32,000 nt of DNA from Pseudomonas aeruginosa. GTDB taxonomy: Bacteria > Pseudomonadota > Gammaproteobacteria > Pseudomonadales > Pseudomonadaceae. The stretch lies in NCBI RefSeq assembly GCF_001457615.1, contig NZ_LN831024.1:4890001-4922000 (forward strand), read 5' to 3'. Under the pieces are notes generated by a model that did not search any database, had not been told where the DNA came from, and saw only the letters and a program-made list of their open reading frames with translations. A program made the position numbers and the translations under genes. Positions within the stretch are counted from its first letter, which is position 1. Every line of letters starts with the position of its first letter. Positions 1 through 7,829 of the stretch are shown here, piece after piece.

Positions 1-43
1 ATTTGCAGTCCAGTATGACGATGCCGGCGCTCGGGGAACAAGC

Positions 44-466
44 TCAGCGGCAGCGTTCGGACTCCCGCGAGGCCAGTTCGCGACGAATGGCGTCCAGCTC
101 GGCATCGCTCAGGTAAACCGGCCCGCCGCCGGCGTCCTGCCGATAGAAGCGGCCGCCGCGTTCGAGCTGGGACAACTGTTGCCGCAAGCGCCCGCATTCC
201 TCGGCCAGCGCAGCCTGGCGCTGGCCGGCACGTTCGGCGGCGGCGGTGCGTTCCTCGCGACGAGCATCGAAATACTCCTGGGTGCGCTGCTCGCGCTGGC
301 GGGTCGCGGCGTCACGTTCCACCACCTGCGGCCTGACTTCGACGCGTTGCGCGCCGGCCGGTGGCGTGGCGGAGAAGTGTACCTTGCCCTGGGCATCGGT
401 CCAGCGATAGATGTCCGCCTGCGCCAGCACGGGCATCAGGGCGACACAGAACCACAGGGCACGCAT
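44..466 (-). CDS. DUF4124-like secreted protein (140 aa)
   Basis: Complete ORF. The ATG (cat at 464-466) is preceded by a GGAGGAGG RBS. Signal peptide MRALWFCVALMPVLAQA is followed by the DIYRWTDAQGKVHFS..PP motif typical of DUF4124. The C-terminus is Arg/Glu/Gln-rich and coiled-coil-like. Confidence 0.75.
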   Translation of the reverse strand: MRALWFCVALMPVLAQADIYRWTDAQGKVHFSATPPAGAQRVEVRPQVVERDAATRQREQRTQEYFDARREERTAAAERAGQRQAALAEECGRLRQQLSQLERGGRFYRQDAGGGPVYLSDAELDAIRRELASRESERCR

Positions 467-566
467 GCGAACCTCCTCCGTGAAATCCAGGACGAAGCTT
501 ACCGGATCGACCGGGGTCCCATGCGACCGACGGTCAGCCTGAACGCCCGTCCAGTCTCCCGGCCGC

Positions 567-950
567 CTACAGGCGGGTCGGCACGGCGCTGGCCGAGGCC
601 GGCGTCTCGCTCAGCCGGCCCAGTTGGCGCAAGGTCTCCAGCCGCGCCTTGGCACGGTAGGCATATTCGCTGGTGGGGTAACGGGCGATGATGAAGTGGT
701 AGGTCTGCGCTGCGTCGACGAACAGGCTCTGGCGTTCCAGGCACTGGCCGCGCAGCAGCGAGATTTCCGGCTGCAGGTAGGGCCGCGCGCGAATCCGCCG
801 TTCGGCCCGCGACAGGTCGAGCATCACCTGTGCGCAATCGCCTTTGTCGTAGGCGCGGTAGGCCCCGTTCAGGTCGCTGTTCAGCGACCAGCTGTTACAA
901 CCGGTGGCACTCAGCGCCAGGCAGGCAACGATCAAGCTTCGCATAGGCAT
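567..950 (-). CDS. Small TPR-like lipoprotein (127 aa)
   Basis: This is the 3' part of track ORF 567..1841(-); the upstream 297 codons of that ORF are antisense to the well-supported 1044..1850(+) gene. ATG at 950 has a GGAGG RBS (aacggaggat) upstream. Lipobox LSATG|C. TAG stop at 567-569. Confidence 0.7.
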   Translation of the reverse strand: MPMRSLIVACLALSATGCNSWSLNSDLNGAYRAYDKGDCAQVMLDLSRAERRIRARPYLQPEISLLRGQCLERQSLFVDAAQTYHFIIARYPTSEYAYRAKARLETLRQLGRLSETPASASAVPTRL

Positions 951-980
951 ATCCTCCGTTGGGAACTGTATCGGCGCGTA

Positions 981-1009
981 TTGGCGTGACTGAAGGGCCT
1001 GACTAGACT
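981..1009 (+). promoter_or_regulatory. Candidate sigma70 promoter for the 1044..1850 lipoprotein gene
   Basis: TTGGCG (981-986), an exact 17-nt spacer, then TAGACT (1004-1009). It lies about 35 nt upstream of the ATG at 1044. Confidence 0.4.
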
Positions 1010-1043
1010 GAGGTGGCTCTCGCCCTGGCGCCAAGGAGATGCC

Positions 1044-1850
1044 ATGCGCTTCGCCCGCCGTCTCGTCCTGCTCCCATTGTTGTCGCTGCTGGCCGCTTGT
1101 TCGCCGACCACGCCGCTGTTCGTCGCCCAGGTGACCACTGGCGAAGTCGCCGAATACAAGCAGATGAAGAGCAACCGCATGACCGCCGCCATCGAGGAGG
1201 AAGGCGACCTGCTGACCTACAGCGCCATGGCGATCCGCGACAACAGGAGCGCCGAGGCGGAAAAGCTCTACCTCACCGGCTACGACAATCGCCGCTACAG
1301 CGCCGAGGTGCGCGGTATCTCGCTGTACCAGATCGGCCTGATCTACATGAGCCGCTACAACGACCAGCGCGACGACGCCAAGGCCACCGACTACTTCCAG
1401 CGCGTGGTCCGCGAGTTCCCCGGCACCCACGCCGCCGAGCATGCCCAGGCGCGCCTGCTGGCAATGCGCCAGCGGGCCAGGGAGCCGGTGCAGAAGAGCG
1501 CTCGCGAATTGCTCGCCACCTGGAAGCCACAGCAGAACCTCGATCTCTACAAGACCAGCCTCGACCCGGACATGACGCTGCTGTCGCGCCGCGCGGTGCT
1601 CAAGGATCGGGTCGACGAAGCCGCCGAGCTCTACCTGCTGGCGGTCAACGATCCGGCGATTCCTGCCGGTATAAAGGAAAAAGCCCTCTACCAGCTCGGC
1701 CTGATGTACCTGGCGCCGGACAACCCGCACCCGAACCGCGACAAGGCCATCGAATACCTGCGTCGCCAGTTGCTCGACTATCCTGAAGGCGAATTGTCGA
1801 ACAAGGCCGGCCGGCACCTCGACCAGGCGCTCAACGTGCAACCTCGCTGA
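1044..1850 (+). CDS. TPR-repeat lipoprotein (268 aa)
   Basis: ATG at 1044 with an AAGGAG RBS at 1033-1038. Lipobox LLAA|C. Repeated Tyr/Leu/Ala helical-hairpin motifs (YQIGLIYMSRY, YQLGLMYL) are typical of TPR/YbgF-like proteins. Confidence 0.8.
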   Translation: MRFARRLVLLPLLSLLAACSPTTPLFVAQVTTGEVAEYKQMKSNRMTAAIEEEGDLLTYSAMAIRDNRSAEAEKLYLTGYDNRRYSAEVRGISLYQIGLIYMSRYNDQRDDAKATDYFQRVVREFPGTHAAEHAQARLLAMRQRAREPVQKSARELLATWKPQQNLDLYKTSLDPDMTLLSRRAVLKDRVDEAAELYLLAVNDPAIPAGIKEKALYQLGLMYLAPDNPHPNRDKAIEYLRRQLLDYPEGELSNKAGRHLDQALNVQPR

Positions 1851-1861
1851 TCCCCGCCGGA

Positions 1862-1875
1862 CTGACCCAGATCAA
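1862..1875 (+). promoter_or_regulatory. Candidate Anr/FNR box (CTGACCCAGATCAA) with a class-II-spaced -10 (TGCAAT, 1898-1903)
   Basis: The 3' half-site ATCAA is perfect and the 5' half matches 3/5 of TTGAT. A TGCAAT hexamer starts 29.5 nt from the box centre, the same geometry as the perfect box upstream of the other USP gene at 27420-27433. Confidence 0.45.
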
Positions 1876-1934
1876 GCGCCCGTCGCGGCGCCTGGTCTGC
1901 AATGGCATTCCCGCCCAATGCCAGGAGCGTTGCC

Positions 1935-2849
1935 ATGAACCTGCATAACCTGCTGGTGGTCGTCGACCCGAGCAGCGACGAACAGCCGGCCCTTTCCCGT
2001 GCCCAGTGGATCGCCGAACGCAGCGGCGCCAGCGTCGAGTTGCTGCTGTGCGACTTCAACCCGGCGCTGGACGGCGGGCTGTTCTTCGACAGTCACTCGC
2101 TGCAGCGTGCCCGCGACCTTTACCTGGACGAACGGGTCACCTGGCTGGAGCAGCTTTCCATGCCGCTGCAGCAGGCCGGCATCCGCACTCAGGTCGAGGC
2201 CCAGTGGGGCAAGCCGCTGGACCGGATGGTCCTGCAACGGGTCGGCGAAACCCGGCCCGACCTGGTCCTCAAGAGCACCCGCAAGCACAACCTGCTGCGC
2301 CGCCTGCTACTGGGCAACAGCGACTGGCAATTGATCCGCCACTGCCCGCAGCCGCTCTGGCTGGTCCATCACGACGCCTGGCGCGGCCAGCGCCTGTGCG
2401 CGGCGCTCGACCCGCTGCATGCCAGCGACAAGCCGGCCGCCCTCGATCACCGGCTGATCGCCGCCGCCCGCCAGCTCGAAGCCAGCCTGGGGCTGCGCGC
2501 CGACTACCTGCATACCCACGCGGCGATGCCGCGCAGCCTGCTGTTCGACGCGGAAATGCTCGCCGGTTACGAGCGTTTCGTGCTGCAACATGAGGAACGT
2601 CACCGCCAGGCCTTCGACGACCTGCTGGCAGCCTACCCGGAGATCGCCGCGGAGCGCCGCCACCTGCTGGCCGGCTATGCCGAGCAGGCGATCCCCGACT
2701 TCGTCCGGGCCAACGACATCGACCTGCTGCTGATGGGCGCGGTCGCCCGGGGGCACCTGGACAACGCACTGATCGGGCAGACCGCCGAACGCGTCCTGGA
2801 GGAGGTGGAATGCGACCTGCTGGTGCTCAAACCGACAAATGACATCTGA
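1935..2849 (+). CDS. Tandem universal stress protein (UspE-like, 304 aa)
   Basis: I chose the ATG at 1935, which has an AGGAG RBS at 1923-1927; the track ORF starts 11 codons earlier with no RBS. There are two USP domains (MNLHNLLVVVDPS..., and ...IDLLLMGAVARGHLDNALIGQTAERVLEEVECDLLVLKP). Confidence 0.85.
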   Translation: MNLHNLLVVVDPSSDEQPALSRAQWIAERSGASVELLLCDFNPALDGGLFFDSHSLQRARDLYLDERVTWLEQLSMPLQQAGIRTQVEAQWGKPLDRMVLQRVGETRPDLVLKSTRKHNLLRRLLLGNSDWQLIRHCPQPLWLVHHDAWRGQRLCAALDPLHASDKPAALDHRLIAAARQLEASLGLRADYLHTHAAMPRSLLFDAEMLAGYERFVLQHEERHRQAFDDLLAAYPEIAAERRHLLAGYAEQAIPDFVRANDIDLLLMGAVARGHLDNALIGQTAERVLEEVECDLLVLKPTNDI

Positions 2850-2931
2850 TGCAGATAGTATGACTCCGCAGTCGCCGCCGAGCCTCGCCGGTGGTAGCCT
2901 GCACGCCAGCGTTATCCAAGGAGTCCTTTGC

Positions 2932-4383
2932 ATGTCCGTTCGCCGCACCAAAATCGTCGCCACCCTCGGCCCAGCCAGCAATTCCCCGGAAGTGCTGGAG
3001 CAACTGATCCTGGCCGGGATCGACGTCGCCCGCCTCAACTTCTCCCACGGCACCCCCGATGAACACCGCGCCCGCGCCAGGCTGGTGCGCGAACTGGCGG
3101 CCAAGCACGGCCGCTTCGTCGCCCTGCTCGGCGACCTGCAAGGACCGAAGATCCGCATCGCCAAGTTCGCCAACAAGCGCATCGAATTGCAGGTCGGCGA
3201 CAAGTTCCGCTTCTCCACCAGCCACGCCCGCGACGCCGGTACCCAGGAAGTGGTCGGCATCGACTACCCGGACCTGGTGAAGGACTGCGGGGTCGGCGAT
3301 GAGCTGCTGCTGGACGACGGCCGGGTGGTGATGGTGGTCGAGGAAGTCGCCGCCGACGAACTGCGCTGCCGGGTGCTGATCGGCGGCCCGCTGTCCGACC
3401 ACAAGGGCATCAACCGCCGCGGCGGCGGTCTCACCGCGCCGGCGCTGACCGACAAGGACAAGGCAGACATCAAGCTGGCCGCGGACATGGACCTGGACTA
3501 CGTGGCCGTTTCCTTCCCGCGCGACGCCAAGGACATGGAATACGCCCGCCGCCTGCTCACCGAGGCCGGTGGCAAGGCCTGGCTGGTGGCCAAGATCGAG
3601 CGCGCCGAGGCGGTCGCCGACGACGACGCACTCGACGGCCTGATTCGTGCCAGCGACGCGGTAATGGTGGCCCGTGGCGACCTCGGCGTGGAAATCGGCG
3701 ATGCCGAGCTGGTCGGCATCCAGAAGAAGATCATCCTGCACGCCCGCCGCAACAATAAAGTGGTGATCACCGCGACCCAGATGATGGAGTCGATGATCCA
3801 CAGCCCGATGCCGACCCGCGCGGAAGTCTCCGACGTGGCCAACGCCGTGCTCGACTACACCGACGCGGTGATGCTCTCGGCGGAAAGCGCCGCCGGCGAG
3901 TACCCGGTGGAAGCGGTGAAAGCCATGGCCCGCGTCTGCCAGGGCGCCGAGAAGCACCCGACCAGCCAGAAATCCAGCCATCGCCTCGGCCAGACTTTCG
4001 ACCGCTGCGACGAGAGCATCGCCCTGGCGTCGATGTACACGGCCAACCACTTCCCGGGGATCAAGGCGATCATCTGCCTGACCGAAAGCGGCTTCACCCC
4101 GCTGATCATGTCGCGCATCCGCTCGTCGGTACCGATTTACGCCTACTCCCCGCACCGCGAGACTCAGGCTCGCGTGGCGATGTTCCGCGGCGTGGAAACC
4201 ATCCCCTTCGACCCGGCGGCGCTGCCGGCGGAGAAGGTCAGCCAGGCCGCGGTCGACGAGTTGCTCAAGCGCGGCGTGGTGACCAAGGGCGACTGGGTTA
4301 TCCTGACCAAGGGCGACAGCTACACCGCCCAGGGCGGCACCAACACCATGAAGGTGCTGCACGTCGGCGACCTGCTGGTATAA
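2932..4383 (+). CDS. pykA: Pyruvate kinase (483 aa)
   Basis: ATG at 2932 with an AAGGAG RBS at 2918-2923. The N-terminus MSVRRTKIVATLGPAS is canonical. MVARGDLGVEI and TQMLESM-like (TQMMESM) motifs are present. The 31 upstream codons in the track ORF are unlikely to be coding. Confidence 0.95.
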   Translation: MSVRRTKIVATLGPASNSPEVLEQLILAGIDVARLNFSHGTPDEHRARARLVRELAAKHGRFVALLGDLQGPKIRIAKFANKRIELQVGDKFRFSTSHARDAGTQEVVGIDYPDLVKDCGVGDELLLDDGRVVMVVEEVAADELRCRVLIGGPLSDHKGINRRGGGLTAPALTDKDKADIKLAADMDLDYVAVSFPRDAKDMEYARRLLTEAGGKAWLVAKIERAEAVADDDALDGLIRASDAVMVARGDLGVEIGDAELVGIQKKIILHARRNNKVVITATQMMESMIHSPMPTRAEVSDVANAVLDYTDAVMLSAESAAGEYPVEAVKAMARVCQGAEKHPTSQKSSHRLGQTFDRCDESIALASMYTANHFPGIKAIICLTESGFTPLIMSRIRSSVPIYAYSPHRETQARVAMFRGVETIPFDPAALPAEKVSQAAVDELLKRGVVTKGDWVILTKGDSYTAQGGTNTMKVLHVGDLLV

Positions 4384-4394
4384 GCGCACGTCGC

Positions 4395-4664
4395 GGCGTT
4401 ATCCGCCCTACGGACCGGCGCTCCGCTGGCCCAACCTGGTGTAGGGCGAATAACCGCTACGCGGTTATCCGCCGTTTCAGACGCCTCACGGCGAATAACG
4501 CCTATGGCGTTATCCGCCCTACGGACCGGCGCTCCGCTAGCCCAACGTGGTGTAGGGCGAATAACCGCTACGCGGTTATCCGCCGTTTCAGCCGCATCGC
4601 GGCGAATAACGCCTGGGGCGTTATCCGCCCTACAGATCGTCGCTCCGCTGGCCCAACAGCGGTG
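4395..4664. repeat. Tandem 111-bp composite REP (repetitive extragenic palindrome) array, about 2.4 copies
   Basis: GGCGTTATCCGCCCTAC starts at 4395, 4506 and 4617, giving an exact 111-bp period. Each unit carries four 13-17 bp elements in alternating orientation: GGCGTTATCCGCCCTAC, GTAGGGCGAATAACCGC, GCGGTTATCCGCC and GGCGAATAACGCC. Neighbouring elements can pair as tight hairpins. Confidence 0.9.
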
Positions 4665-4667
4665 TGC

Positions 4668-5441
4668 TCAGGCGAACCTGGAGAAATCCGGCTGGCGCCG
4701 GTGCATGAAGGCGCTGAGCGCCTCGATCGCCTCGGGCGAGCGCAGTCGGGTACTGAAGATATCGCCTTCCTCGGCGATCACCCGGCGAAGCTCCTCGATA
4801 AACGGCGCTTTCATCAGGCGCTTGCTCTCCACTACCGCCGAGGGCGCCAGGTGCAGGAAGCGCCGGGCCGCATCGCGGGCGTGCTCCAGCACCGTGGCGC
4901 CATCCTCCAGCGCCGCATTGGCCAGGCCCCAGGCCGCCGCCTGCTCGCCGCTGAAGTCCTGGCCGAGCATCAGCAATTCCGCAGCCCTGGCATGACCGAG
5001 CATGCGCGGCAGGATCAGGCTCGAGCCGAACTCCGGTGTCAGGCCGAGGTTGACGAACGGCATCTTCAATCGCGCATTGCGACCGACGAAGACCAGGTCG
5101 CAATGCAGCAGCAGGGTGGTGCCGATACCCACCGCCGGTCCGTTCACCGCGGCGATCACCGGCTTGGGGAATTCCAGCAGGGCGCTCATGAAGCGGCCGA
5201 CCGGGCTGTCGCGCAGGGATGGCGGTTGCTCGAGGAAGTCGAGGATGTCGTTGCCGCTGGTGAAGCAGGCATCGCCGCCAGTGATCAGCACTACCCGCAC
5301 AGCCGTATCGGCCTGCGCCTCCAGCAGCGCCTCGGCCATCCGACTGTACATCGCGCGGGTCAGCGCGTTCTTCTTGTCCTGGCGGTCCAGGCGCAGGGTC
5401 AGCAGCCCCGCTTCGCGTTCGACCCGAATCAGCTCGCTCAT
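4668..5441 (-). CDS. Enoyl-CoA hydratase/isomerase (crotonase) family protein (257 aa)
   Basis: ATG at 5441 (MSELIRVEREAGLLTLRLDRQDKKNAL) with a GGAG RBS. Crotonase oxyanion-hole region KPVIAAVNGPAVGIGTTLLLHCDLVF. The 65 upstream codons in the track ORF are not supported. Confidence 0.9.
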   Translation of the reverse strand: MSELIRVEREAGLLTLRLDRQDKKNALTRAMYSRMAEALLEAQADTAVRVVLITGGDACFTSGNDILDFLEQPPSLRDSPVGRFMSALLEFPKPVIAAVNGPAVGIGTTLLLHCDLVFVGRNARLKMPFVNLGLTPEFGSSLILPRMLGHARAAELLMLGQDFSGEQAAAWGLANAALEDGATVLEHARDAARRFLHLAPSAVVESKRLMKAPFIEELRRVIAEEGDIFSTRLRSPEAIEALSAFMHRRQPDFSRFA

Positions 5442-5505
5442 CGTCACTCCAGGGATGCGGCGCAGGGCCGCGGCAATGGCTGCAAGGCACCGCCACCGCG
5501 CCGCG

Positions 5506-6432
5506 TCAGGCGTGGGGCAGGAACAGGTCCGCCAGGGTCTGGCTACGCGGTACGCCGGCCAGGTAGAGATGCCGGGCGAAGCGTTCGACGCTGGCGGGTT
5601 GGCCGCAGAGTAAGGCCATGCTGCGCCGCGGAACAAGGCGGAGATCGGCCAAGGCAGAGGGCAACTGCGCCGCCGACACCAGGTTGACGCGCACTTGCGG
5701 ATGACGCCCGGCCAACTCCGCCAACTCGCTCGCCAGGTAGTGGTCGCGCGCCAGGTGCAGCAACTGGATCGGCGCCTGGTGTTCCGCGCGCAAGGCCTCG
5801 CGAAGTATCCCCCAGAGCGGCGCCAGCCCGGTGCCGGCGGCCATCAGCAACAGCGGTCGCTCCTGCCAGTCCGGCTCGTAGCGCAACGCCCCGCCGCGCA
5901 ACTCGCCCAGACGCAGGAGCGCGCCAGGCGCCAGGCGCCGGGCGCGGTCGCAGAACGCGCCGGGAGCGCTACAGTCGATGTGGAACTCCAGCCATGGGTC
6001 CTCGTGAGGCAGGCTGGCCAGCGAATAGGGACGCGCCACGCCATCGTCGCTCCACAGCAGCAGGTGCTGCCCGGCGCGATAGCGCAAGGGCCGCTCCGGC
6101 TCCAGGCGCAGGCGCAGCACATCGCCCAGCCAGTGGCAGGCTACGACCCTGGCCGGCAGCCCGTCGCGCTCAGGATCGAAAGGCTGCAACACGAGGTCGC
6201 CGAGCACCCGGCACTGACAGGCCAGCCGCCAGCCCGCTTCGCGCCGTGCCGGATCGAGCGCCTCCGGGAGGGTGTCGTCCACCTCGCCCTGCAGGCAATG
6301 CACCAGGCAGGCGTGGCAACTGCCGGCGCGGCAGCTATGGGGCACGGCGATGCCGCCGGCGAGCAGCGCATCCAGCAGGTTGCTGCCGGCGGCGACGGCA
6401 AGGCGTCGCTCGCCGACCCGTATGTCAGGCAC
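5506..6432 (-). CDS. 2Fe-2S ferredoxin / FNR-type oxidoreductase fusion (308 aa)
   Basis: GTG start at 6432, six nt downstream of a GGGAGG RBS. Plant-type CX4CX2C motif (SCRAGSCHAC), RPYSLAS (RxYS FAD motif) and AAGTGLAPL (NAD(P)-binding motif). The start overlaps the sadC stop by 8 nt. Confidence 0.85.
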   Translation of the reverse strand: MPDIRVGERRLAVAAGSNLLDALLAGGIAVPHSCRAGSCHACLVHCLQGEVDDTLPEALDPARREAGWRLACQCRVLGDLVLQPFDPERDGLPARVVACHWLGDVLRLRLEPERPLRYRAGQHLLLWSDDGVARPYSLASLPHEDPWLEFHIDCSAPGAFCDRARRLAPGALLRLGELRGGALRYEPDWQERPLLLMAAGTGLAPLWGILREALRAEHQAPIQLLHLARDHYLASELAELAGRHPQVRVNLVSAAQLPSALADLRLVPRRSMALLCGQPASVERFARHLYLAGVPRSQTLADLFLPHA

Positions 6433-7552
6433 TGGTGACCTCCCAGGTGGCGTCGCAGCGGTTTCGTCCGCCGCGCTTGGCACGGTAGAGCGCCTGGTCG
6501 GCCCGCTGCAAGGCCTCGTCGAGATCGTCGTCGGCATACAGCAGGGTCATGCCCACCGAAAGGCTCAGGGTATCCACCGTGACCCCGACCGGTTCCGCCT
6601 GTTGGAACGCCAGGCGCAGGCGCTCGCAACAGCTTTCCAGCTGTTCCGCGTCGGCGTGGGGCAGCAGCAGGACGAACTCCTCGCCGCCGTAACGGGCCAG
6701 GACGTCGCCATCGCGCAGACAGGAACGCGCCACCGCGGCGAAGGTCTGCAGGACCCGATCGCCGGCGGCGTGGCCGTGGCGGTCGTTGATCCGCTTGAAG
6801 TGATCGAGGTCGATCAGCGCCAGGCCGTGCTGCCGGTTCGGCAGCAGGTCTTCCAGCGCCCGGCTGGCCATGCGCATGAAATGCCGGCGGTTGAACAGAC
6901 CGGTGAGTTCGTCGGTGGCCACCAGGTCTTCCAGTTGGCGCATCATGCCGCGCAGCGTGTCCTGGTGCGCCTGCAAGGCATAGCGGCGCTGGCGCATGCG
7001 TTGCCGCATCGCCTGTATGTAGCTGGCGAACAGGCTCAGCCAGACCATTACGATGAACATCACGAGCACCTGCAATGCAGCCCGGCCCGGTAGCTCGAGA
7101 CGCTGCTGCAAGGCCTCTACCAGGTAGATGCCGGAAAAAGCGATGAACGCCAGCGCCGCACAGCGGGCGAAGACCCGCGGCGGCAGTTGGAACACACCGA
7201 ACAGCAGGGCCAGCACGTAGAACACCATGAAGGTGCCGCGCAGGCTGTCGACGTGGTAGAGGAAATAGGTCAGCCAGGCGATCGCCACCAGCACCTGCGG
7301 CTCGGTCAGGCTGGGATCGGCGTAACGCAGGTTGCGACCGCTGGCGAACAGCCAGAGGAAGGCCAGTTGGCAAGCCACCACCAGGGTGGTGCTGGCCGCC
7401 GCGGTGGTCGGCGCTGCGCGGTAGAAGCCGCTGAGTAGCGCCAGCCAGAGCAGGACCAGGCCGAGCAGGTAGGTGCCTGCGGCCATGCCGAACCGGCGGA
7501 GCAAGAGCTTTTGCAGCGCACGCTGTTTCAGGGGAGGCTTGTCTGTGCGCAT
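6425..7552 (-). CDS. sadC: Membrane-bound diguanylate cyclase (six predicted TM helices plus a GGDEF domain; 375 aa as called)
   Basis: The GGEEF active site is preceded by an RxxD I-site (RDGD-VLARY-GGEEF). Six hydrophobic segments lie N-terminal to it. I chose the ATG at 7552 (GGAG RBS). The longest ORF extends to 7888 (487 aa), but that extension is rich in rare codons and runs into the fumarase start (see findings). Confidence 0.85.
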   Translation of the reverse strand: MRTDKPPLKQRALQKLLLRRFGMAAGTYLLGLVLLWLALLSGFYRAAPTTAAASTTLVVACQLAFLWLFASGRNLRYADPSLTEPQVLVAIAWLTYFLYHVDSLRGTFMVFYVLALLFGVFQLPPRVFARCAALAFIAFSGIYLVEALQQRLELPGRAALQVLVMFIVMVWLSLFASYIQAMRQRMRQRRYALQAHQDTLRGMMRQLEDLVATDELTGLFNRRHFMRMASRALEDLLPNRQHGLALIDLDHFKRINDRHGHAAGDRVLQTFAAVARSCLRDGDVLARYGGEEFVLLLPHADAEQLESCCERLRLAFQQAEPVGVTVDTLSLSVGMTLLYADDDLDEALQRADQALYRAKRGGRNRCDATWEVTSA

Positions 7553-7829
7553 GGGCTCCGTCCCGTAATGGCACCTGGCCGCAATGTACCCTGCCCCCTG
7601 CGGGTTGCCTAGTCGAACGAACTGCCAGCTAGCGGACCGCGGATTTATCGGCCGACCAGCCGGCTGGCCGACCAAGGTCTGATCGTCGGCGCGTGCGCCC
7701 GTCTCGCCGGAACGGCTATACTGTCGCGCCTTTTTTGCGCCGGTGCCTGACCGGCGCGCTCCTCGGCTGCGGCCGGCTCCGTGACCCTGCCCCGCATCCG
7801 AATTACCCGCCTGAAGAGGACCGTGCTCC

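Noticed and set aside
1902-2931. N-terminal extensions proposed by the ORF track: the USP gene from 1902, pykA from 2839, and similarly 5636, 6537, 11348, 11797, 15697, 22967, 24858, 24659, 25489 and 27485.
   Set aside because: In each case an internal start has a proper Shine-Dalgarno at 5-9 nt and yields the canonical family N-terminus or signal peptide. The extension overlaps a neighbouring gene or intergenic signal and has atypical composition.
4395-4664. The regular 111-bp repeat could be mistaken for a CRISPR array.
   Set aside because: The sequences between the conserved palindromes are themselves conserved between copies, so there are no unique spacers. The repeats occur in alternating orientation, the period is far from CRISPR repeat-plus-spacer sizes, and no cas genes are nearby. 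It is a REP-type array.
5480-5495. A sigma54-like motif, TGGCGGTGCCTTGCAG, on the - strand between the reductase and crotonase genes.
   Set aside because: The GG/GC spacing is again one nucleotide too short, and the -24 element is TGGCGG rather than TGGCAC. It is most likely chance in GC-rich DNA.
7569-7584. A sigma54-like motif, TGGCACCTGGCCGCAA, on the + strand upstream of fumA.
   Set aside because: The GG-to-GC spacing is one nucleotide shorter than the strict TGGCACG-N4-TTGCW geometry, the -12 element reads CGCA rather than TTGC, and the motif lies about 245 nt from the fumA ATG.
7731-7757. A T6 tract followed by the hairpin GCGCCGGT-gcctg-ACCGGCGC in the sadC/fumA intergenic region, considered as a terminator.
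   Set aside because: The T-tract precedes the stem on the + strand and becomes an A-tract after the stem on the - strand, so it is not an intrinsic terminator in either direction. It lies between two divergent starts where no terminator is expected. It may be part of the fumA 5' leader, but I cannot support a function.
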